Assembly (NCBI GenBank): GCA_965223425.1
Contig: OZ245003.1
Span: 160,001 to 224,000 of the forward strand
Direction of reading: 5' to 3'
From: Nitrosopumilus sp.
Lineage (GTDB): Archaea > Thermoproteota > Nitrososphaeria > Nitrososphaerales > Nitrosopumilaceae
Length of the DNA: 64,000 nt
The translations under genes were made by a program, and so were the position numbers. Positions within the stretch are counted from its first letter, which is position 1; every line of letters begins with the position of its first letter. Under the pieces are notes generated by a model, which was not told where the DNA came from, did no database searches, and worked only from the letters and a program-made list of their open reading frames with translations. Shown piece after piece: positions 58,693 to 64,000 of this stretch.

Positions 58693-60825
58693 TTGCTGAA
58701 AAATACAAAACTTGTCTCAGTTGGAAATTTTGATTTTAAATTAAGTCATCTTCTAATAATCGGAATTCTTATTTTGTCATTTAGCATTTCTTTTCTTCTT
58801 CGTTCACAAGCAGTTGATTATGGTTTTGAGTTAAATGAATTTGATCCTTTTTTCAACTATAGGGCTACTCAATATATGGTAGATAATGGGATAGGTGCAT
58901 ATCATGATTGGCACGATGAACTAAGCTGGTATCCAGATGGTAGGAACATATCTAGGACTTCTCAAGTGATGCTTCATCTAACAGCAGCAACTACCTATTG
59001 GTTTTTTGGTGGAGGTTTAGAGCTGTATGATTTCACCATAATATTCCCAGCAGTTTTTGGTTCTTTATCTGCAATTGTTCTTTTTGCCTTAGTTAGAGTA
59101 ATTGGCGGTACAACTGCAGGTATGTTTGCTGCTTTGCTGTATTCTGTTTCTCTGCCAATATTGGTTCGCGGTCCAATTGGCTGGTTTAAATCAGAGCCCC
59201 TGGGATTGTTTTTTGGTCTTTTAGCATCCTATTTGTTACTAAGTGGCATCAATTCACAAAATAAGAAAATTGCAATTACGAAGCTTGTCGGAGCCGGAAT
59301 ATTTACTGCATGTTCTATTTCAGCTTGGGGCGGCAATCAATTTTTCATTGTCGTAATAGGAGTTTTCTTCATTGCCTTGCCCTTTTTGAGAAGGGATCAC
59401 AAGTTTATCCTATGGGCAATTCCACTTTATACAGTAACTACACTTGTGACTGCTTTGGGATTTGAACGAGTCATATCACTTTCTTCAATAGAGGGAATTT
59501 CATTGATAGCATGTACTGGTTTTTTAGTATGCTGTATTTTTATTCGAAACAAAAGTTCAAAAAACAAAACAAGAAACTGCCTCTTATTCTTGGTCGCACT
59601 TTTGATAATCACCCCAAGCGTTTTGATAATAAATTCTGAGTATCAATTTTTGCCATCACCTAGTTACAGATATCTCAATGCTATGAATCCATTTTTAACC
59701 ACATTAGATCCGCTAGTCGACTCTGTTTCTGAACATGCAACGACTACCATTCAGCAATCATTTGTATTCCACTCAGTTTTGATGATTTTTGCAGGTATTG
59801 GAATTTGGTTGATTATTAAAAATATTCAAAACAAAAATTCTAGTTTTATTAAAAATGATATGCTGGCATTCTCATTAATTTTGGGAATGATGGGAGTTTA
59901 CATTAGTTCAACATTTATTAGATTGGAAGTATTTGGATCAATTTCTGTAATTCTTTTAACATCTTTGGGCTTGACCATGTTAACAAAAGAATTTTTCAGA
60001 AACAGATATGAATCTAAAAAGCCTATTGGAAAATTGATAAAAATTCCATTTGTCTCAGGAGTCATCATACTTTTGATAGGTTCTATGGTTTTTCCTGTAG
60101 GAGCAGACATATTTACTCTATCTAAGGCTCCACCTACAATTTTGAATGGTGGGACATCTCACAAAATAGCTACAAATGATTGGTTAGACACATTAGACTG
60201 GATCAAAAACAATACTCCGAAAGACGCTGTGATTGCATCGTGGTGGGATTACGGCTATTGGATTTCTACGATGAGTGAGAGAGCATCTTTAGCTGATAAT
60301 TTCACAGGTAATAAACAGACTATTCAAAATATTGCTAAAATATTTTTAAACAGTCCTGATGAGGCGTGGGAATCATTACAAGAAATGCAGGCAGACTATG
60401 TTCTTATTTTTGTGGCAGCTGAAAATATACCCTTGGTTTCTACTGAGTCATTGTACACGTTAGGTGGAGGTGGAGATGAATCAAAAAAGCAATGGTTCAT
60501 GAGAATTGCTGAAGAAGAATTGTCAAAATACTTGCATTCTGATGGCATTAGTGGAACTGATTATTTTTGGAATGAAACCTTGCTTGGTCAGATGTTTCCT
60601 TTCTCTCTATTAAGTTATGTAAACCCAAATGATGTATCACAGCAATATCAGGTATACATACCTGGGACAGTGGCAATATATGGTAAAGATATCAAATATC
60701 CCGCAGATGGTGATGGGCCGTTAAGATTGGTTTACGCATCTCCAAGTTTTGTTGAAGAAAAACCAGGACCGGTGATTGGAGTTTTTGTTTATGAAATAAA
60801 CAAAGAATACAAGCCTGTGTCTTAA
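58693..60825 (+). CDS. aglB: oligosaccharyltransferase STT3
   Basis: EFDPFFNYR, multi-TM, SVSEH, SWWDYGYW. Confidence 0.93.
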   Translation: MLKNTKLVSVGNFDFKLSHLLIIGILILSFSISFLLRSQAVDYGFELNEFDPFFNYRATQYMVDNGIGAYHDWHDELSWYPDGRNISRTSQVMLHLTAATTYWFFGGGLELYDFTIIFPAVFGSLSAIVLFALVRVIGGTTAGMFAALLYSVSLPILVRGPIGWFKSEPLGLFFGLLASYLLLSGINSQNKKIAITKLVGAGIFTACSISAWGGNQFFIVVIGVFFIALPFLRRDHKFILWAIPLYTVTTLVTALGFERVISLSSIEGISLIACTGFLVCCIFIRNKSSKNKTRNCLLFLVALLIITPSVLIINSEYQFLPSPSYRYLNAMNPFLTTLDPLVDSVSEHATTTIQQSFVFHSVLMIFAGIGIWLIIKNIQNKNSSFIKNDMLAFSLILGMMGVYISSTFIRLEVFGSISVILLTSLGLTMLTKEFFRNRYESKKPIGKLIKIPFVSGVIILLIGSMVFPVGADIFTLSKAPPTILNGGTSHKIATNDWLDTLDWIKNNTPKDAVIASWWDYGYWISTMSERASLADNFTGNKQTIQNIAKIFLNSPDEAWESLQEMQADYVLIFVAAENIPLVSTESLYTLGGGGDESKKQWFMRIAEEELSKYLHSDGISGTDYFWNETLLGQMFPFSLLSYVNPNDVSQQYQVYIPGTVAIYGKDIKYPADGDGPLRLVYASPSFVEEKPGPVIGVFVYEINKEYKPVS

Positions 60826-60983
60826 TTCTGGGAATATCTCTCAGCTAATCTGTATCTCATATATTTGTCATCAGGTGAGAATTTAGCAGGATGTGCGGAG
60901 ACTGTTTTTTCATCACACGCAGGACATTTTTCTTTTAATGTATAATGGTTGCACTTGATGCATCTTCTTAATTGAAATCTCAT
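60822..60983 (-). CDS. nop10: H/ACA RNP protein Nop10 (53 aa, absent from ORF track)
   Basis: RRCIKCNHYTLKEKCPAC...HPAKFSPDDKY; downstream of aIF2-alpha. Confidence 0.95.
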   Translation of the reverse strand: MRFQLRRCIKCNHYTLKEKCPACDEKTVSAHPAKFSPDDKYMRYRLAERYSQN

Positions 60984-60984
60984 C

Positions 60985-61782
60985 TTAATTTTCTCTGGTT
61001 TTCTTTGATTCTTCTCTTGTAAATTTGAACGAGCCTTTTTTCTTTTCTATGTTTGACTGAATTTGTGAGATAACTGGCTTTAGAGATTTTTCAGCAGTTT
61101 TGAAATTCTCTGAGGTTATTGAAAGTCTGTATTTTGGTGCACCCAAATAAGTAATATCAACAGTAGAGTCTTTCTTTAAAACATCCAAAAGTATTTTTCT
61201 GATGATTTCCACTCCATCTGATTTATCATTTGTAATCTCCATGATTCCCCTGATCTCTACTGAGGGAAGTTTGATTTTAGAACAAATTTCTTCGATTACG
61301 GCGATAGTTTTTTTTGCAAGTCTGAGTTCTTTGACAGATTCAATACCGTTTCTTCCAATCTCTACAAATGCATCATACACTGAATCAAATTTTGAATAAA
61401 TGCTATCTTCTAATTTTTCAATTTCCTCATCTGATAGTTTAGCTTTATCTTTTACATTTTGTAATATTGTTTTACCTTTTTCAAATTTTTTAACTTCTTT
61501 TAGTTTTTGTTTTCTCTGATCATTTGAGACTTGTTTCAATGACAGATCAATGTCTCCTCGCTGAGAATTTACTTTCTTTACGAGTAGAACTTTTTTCTCC
61601 CCGTCTTTAACAAATCTGTTTATTGATCTAATCCATCCTGGAGCAATTTCTGAAATATGTAAAAATCCCTGAATGTTATCGTATTCATCTAATGTCACAT
61701 AAGCACCATGATCCATTACCTTAGAAACGGTTGCAAGAACAATTTCTCCTTGTTCTGGCATTTCTTGAATTTCTGTAGACAT
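60985..61782 (-). CDS. eif2a: translation initiation factor 2 alpha subunit
   Basis: S1 domain GAYVTLDEY, IDLSLK, GAPKYR. Confidence 0.96.
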   Translation of the reverse strand: MSTEIQEMPEQGEIVLATVSKVMDHGAYVTLDEYDNIQGFLHISEIAPGWIRSINRFVKDGEKKVLLVKKVNSQRGDIDLSLKQVSNDQRKQKLKEVKKFEKGKTILQNVKDKAKLSDEEIEKLEDSIYSKFDSVYDAFVEIGRNGIESVKELRLAKKTIAVIEEICSKIKLPSVEIRGIMEITNDKSDGVEIIRKILLDVLKKDSTVDITYLGAPKYRLSITSENFKTAEKSLKPVISQIQSNIEKKKGSFKFTREESKKTREN

Positions 61783-61823
61783 TTCTTCTAAAACTCCTAA
61801 ATGTGTAAATTAATGTTTGCCGG

Positions 61824-62357
61824 TTAGAAATCTATTCCTTTTTTAGCTTTAATACCCTGTTGAAATGGGTGTTTGATCTCTCTCATTTCTGTAACTAGAT
61901 CTGCTGCTTCAATAACTTCATTTTTGGCGTAATTTCCTGTTAAAACCAAGTCCATTCCTTGCGGTTTTGATTTTATTAATTGTAAAACATCGTTAACTGA
62001 AATCAATTCTAGGTTTACAGCATAGTTAACCTCGTCTAAAATAACAATATCATAGTTACCTGATTGGATCTTTTCATTGCTTATTCTTATTGCTTCTTTA
62101 GCAATTTTCTCATGATCCTCCTTTGGACTCTTGTCATCTATGATTCCAACAAATCCTTTACCTACAGCAATTATTTCAAATTCAGGTTCAAGCCTTTTTG
62201 ATGAATCCATTTCGCCATAATGCCATGAACCCTTGATAAACTGAATCATGCAAGTCCTCTTTTCATAGCCCGTAGCACGTAATGCAATTCCTAATGCTGC
62301 AGTAGTTTTACCTTTACCCTTTCCTGTATATACAATAGTTAAACCATCTTTTTCCAT
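61824..62357 (-). CDS. cobO: cob(I)alamin adenosyltransferase
   Basis: YTGKGKGKTTAALG, QFIKG, ILDE, KHPF..G. Confidence 0.95.
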   Translation of the reverse strand: MEKDGLTIVYTGKGKGKTTAALGIALRATGYEKRTCMIQFIKGSWHYGEMDSSKRLEPEFEIIAVGKGFVGIIDDKSPKEDHEKIAKEAIRISNEKIQSGNYDIVILDEVNYAVNLELISVNDVLQLIKSKPQGMDLVLTGNYAKNEVIEAADLVTEMREIKHPFQQGIKAKKGIDF

Positions 62358-62445
62358 AGATGATATTCAGGTGATCTCACTAAAAACATTGAGCATTCTC
62401 CAAAAATAAACCAATTTAAATAAAAAACTATTCTAATCATGCAAA

Positions 62446-63801
62446 TTGAAAATACCAAGAATCGTAATAGCAGGCACTACAAGTGGAGTTGGAAAGACAT
62501 CAATAACATGTTCCGTTATTCATGCCTTACAAAAACAAGGATATTCTATTCAACCTTTCAAAGTCGGTCCTGATTATATTGATCCTAGCTATCTATCAAG
62601 CATTTCAAAACATGAAACATACAACTTGGATGTTTGGCTAATGGGAAAAAATCAGCTTTTGAATAGTTTTATTTCAAATTCAAAATCTGATGTCTCTGTT
62701 ATTGAAGGCGTAATGGGTTATTATGATGGATTTGCTGGAAATTCAAATTTTGCAAGTACTCATCATATAGCTTCTATTACAAAATCTCCCGTACTCTTAG
62801 TTTTAGATGCAAGTAAAACTGCTCGTTCCATTGCCGCAACCGCTCTGGGTTTTCAAAAATTTCATAAAAATTCCCGTATTTCTGGAATTATTCTTAATAA
62901 ACTAGGTAGTAAAAAGCATGAAATCCTGTGTAGAAATGCATTAGCGAAAACAAAAATTCCAATTATTGGAATAATTCCGAAAAATCCTCTACTAAATACG
63001 AGTTCACGGCACCTAGGACTACTCTCAACATTGGAGAAGAAAACTCTAAAAAAACAAACTGAAAAAACATCAAAAATAATTTCAAAATCTTTAGATGTTG
63101 CCCAAATTATTAAAATTATAAAAAACCCAATTGATCTTCCAAAAATATCAAAACCAATTCATAAAAAATCCCAAACTACAATCGCAGTTGCTCTTGATAC
63201 ATCATTTAATTTCTATTACCAAGACAATCTAGAAGCGTTACGACGTGAAGGAGCTAATCTAAAATTCTTTAGTCCTGTTAAAGATAAAAAAATTCCAAAA
63301 TGTGATGGACTTTACATTGGCGGAGGTTTTCCCGAAGTCCTAGGTAACCCACTTGAAAAAAATCAAACTATGAAAAAAACCATAAAGAAACTGGCCGAAG
63401 ATAATTTACCAATATATGCTGAATGTGGAGGATTGATGTATCTAACGAAATCTATCTCTTATGACAACAAAAAATACAAAATGACTGGTTTTTTTGATGC
63501 GGAAACCAAAATGACAAATAAAATGCGACTAAACTACACCAAAGGCAAGATTTCTACAAACACGATCATATCAGACAAATCACATAATTTTCAAGGCCAT
63601 GAATTCCATTATTCAGAACTAGATTCAGTCTCGCCTGATTCTCACTTTGCCTATAATTTAGAAATTGGTGAAGGAATCAAAAAACATCAAGACGGGATGA
63701 CACAGCACAACACACTTGCGTCATATGGCCATCTTTATTTTGACAGTTCTAATTATGCCCAAATTTTTGTAAAAAATTGTTCAAAGTATTCAAGAGGATG
63801 A
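62446..63801 (+). CDS. cbiA: cobyrinate a,c-diamide synthase
   Basis: SGVGKT, KVGPDYID, EGVMG, AECGG, GHEFHY. Confidence 0.95.
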   Translation: MKIPRIVIAGTTSGVGKTSITCSVIHALQKQGYSIQPFKVGPDYIDPSYLSSISKHETYNLDVWLMGKNQLLNSFISNSKSDVSVIEGVMGYYDGFAGNSNFASTHHIASITKSPVLLVLDASKTARSIAATALGFQKFHKNSRISGIILNKLGSKKHEILCRNALAKTKIPIIGIIPKNPLLNTSSRHLGLLSTLEKKTLKKQTEKTSKIISKSLDVAQIIKIIKNPIDLPKISKPIHKKSQTTIAVALDTSFNFYYQDNLEALRREGANLKFFSPVKDKKIPKCDGLYIGGGFPEVLGNPLEKNQTMKKTIKKLAEDNLPIYAECGGLMYLTKSISYDNKKYKMTGFFDAETKMTNKMRLNYTKGKISTNTIISDKSHNFQGHEFHYSELDSVSPDSHFAYNLEIGEGIKKHQDGMTQHNTLASYGHLYFDSSNYAQIFVKNCSKYSRG

Positions 63802-64000
63802 TTCTGCTCGTATTAACTTGAAAATTGCATTAATTATGGCAGATGCTGATGAACTGCCGCCTTTTCTACCCATGTTCGTGATAAATGGTGCCCCATCCAA
63901 CCTCGATAATTCATCTTTTGATTCTGAAGCACAGATAAATCCAACCGGAACTCCAATAATCAAGGCAGGCTTGGCTGCCCCTTCTTTTACCATCCGAATT
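63790..64000 (-). CDS. cbiC: precorrin-8X methylmutase, 3' part (truncated by window end)
   Basis: IGVPVGFICASESK, GRKGGS. Confidence 0.9.
   Translation of the reverse strand, partial: IRMVKEGAAKPALIIGVPVGFICASESKDELSRLDGAPFITNMGRKGGSSSASAIINAIFKLIRAESSS

Overview
AT-rich archaeal chromosome segment from a Nitrosopumilus-like ammonia-oxidising thaumarchaeon. Markers include TFB, two ESCRT-III/CdvB paralogues, PriS/PriL, eS6, aIF2-alpha/gamma, Nop10, AglB, aconitase-X mevalonate enzymes, cobalamin cbi genes, sulfate activation genes and queE/folE/queC. The core backbone is interrupted by three accessory insertions. (i) A ~4.6 kb region between queE and folE holds an apparent composite transposon: two inverted IS481-like remnants with a 4-bp ATGG duplication, carrying an AbiEi/AbiEii pair. 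(ii) A ~3 kb island bounded by a 13-bp direct repeat carries a truncated KAP NTPase and an inactive/active phosphoribosyltransferase pair. (iii) A 1.6 kb islet sits at tRNA-Gly(CCC). Unannotated signals: a promoter-driven multibranched ncRNA candidate (8540-8669), a K-turn hairpin RNA (28639-28710), a 36/36/36 repeat-spacer-repeat scar inside an SDR pseudogene resembling off-target Cas1-Cas2 integration, and a 21-bp motif at identical spacing upstream of both cdvB paralogues. All calls come from manual reading and recalled family motifs; no searches were run.
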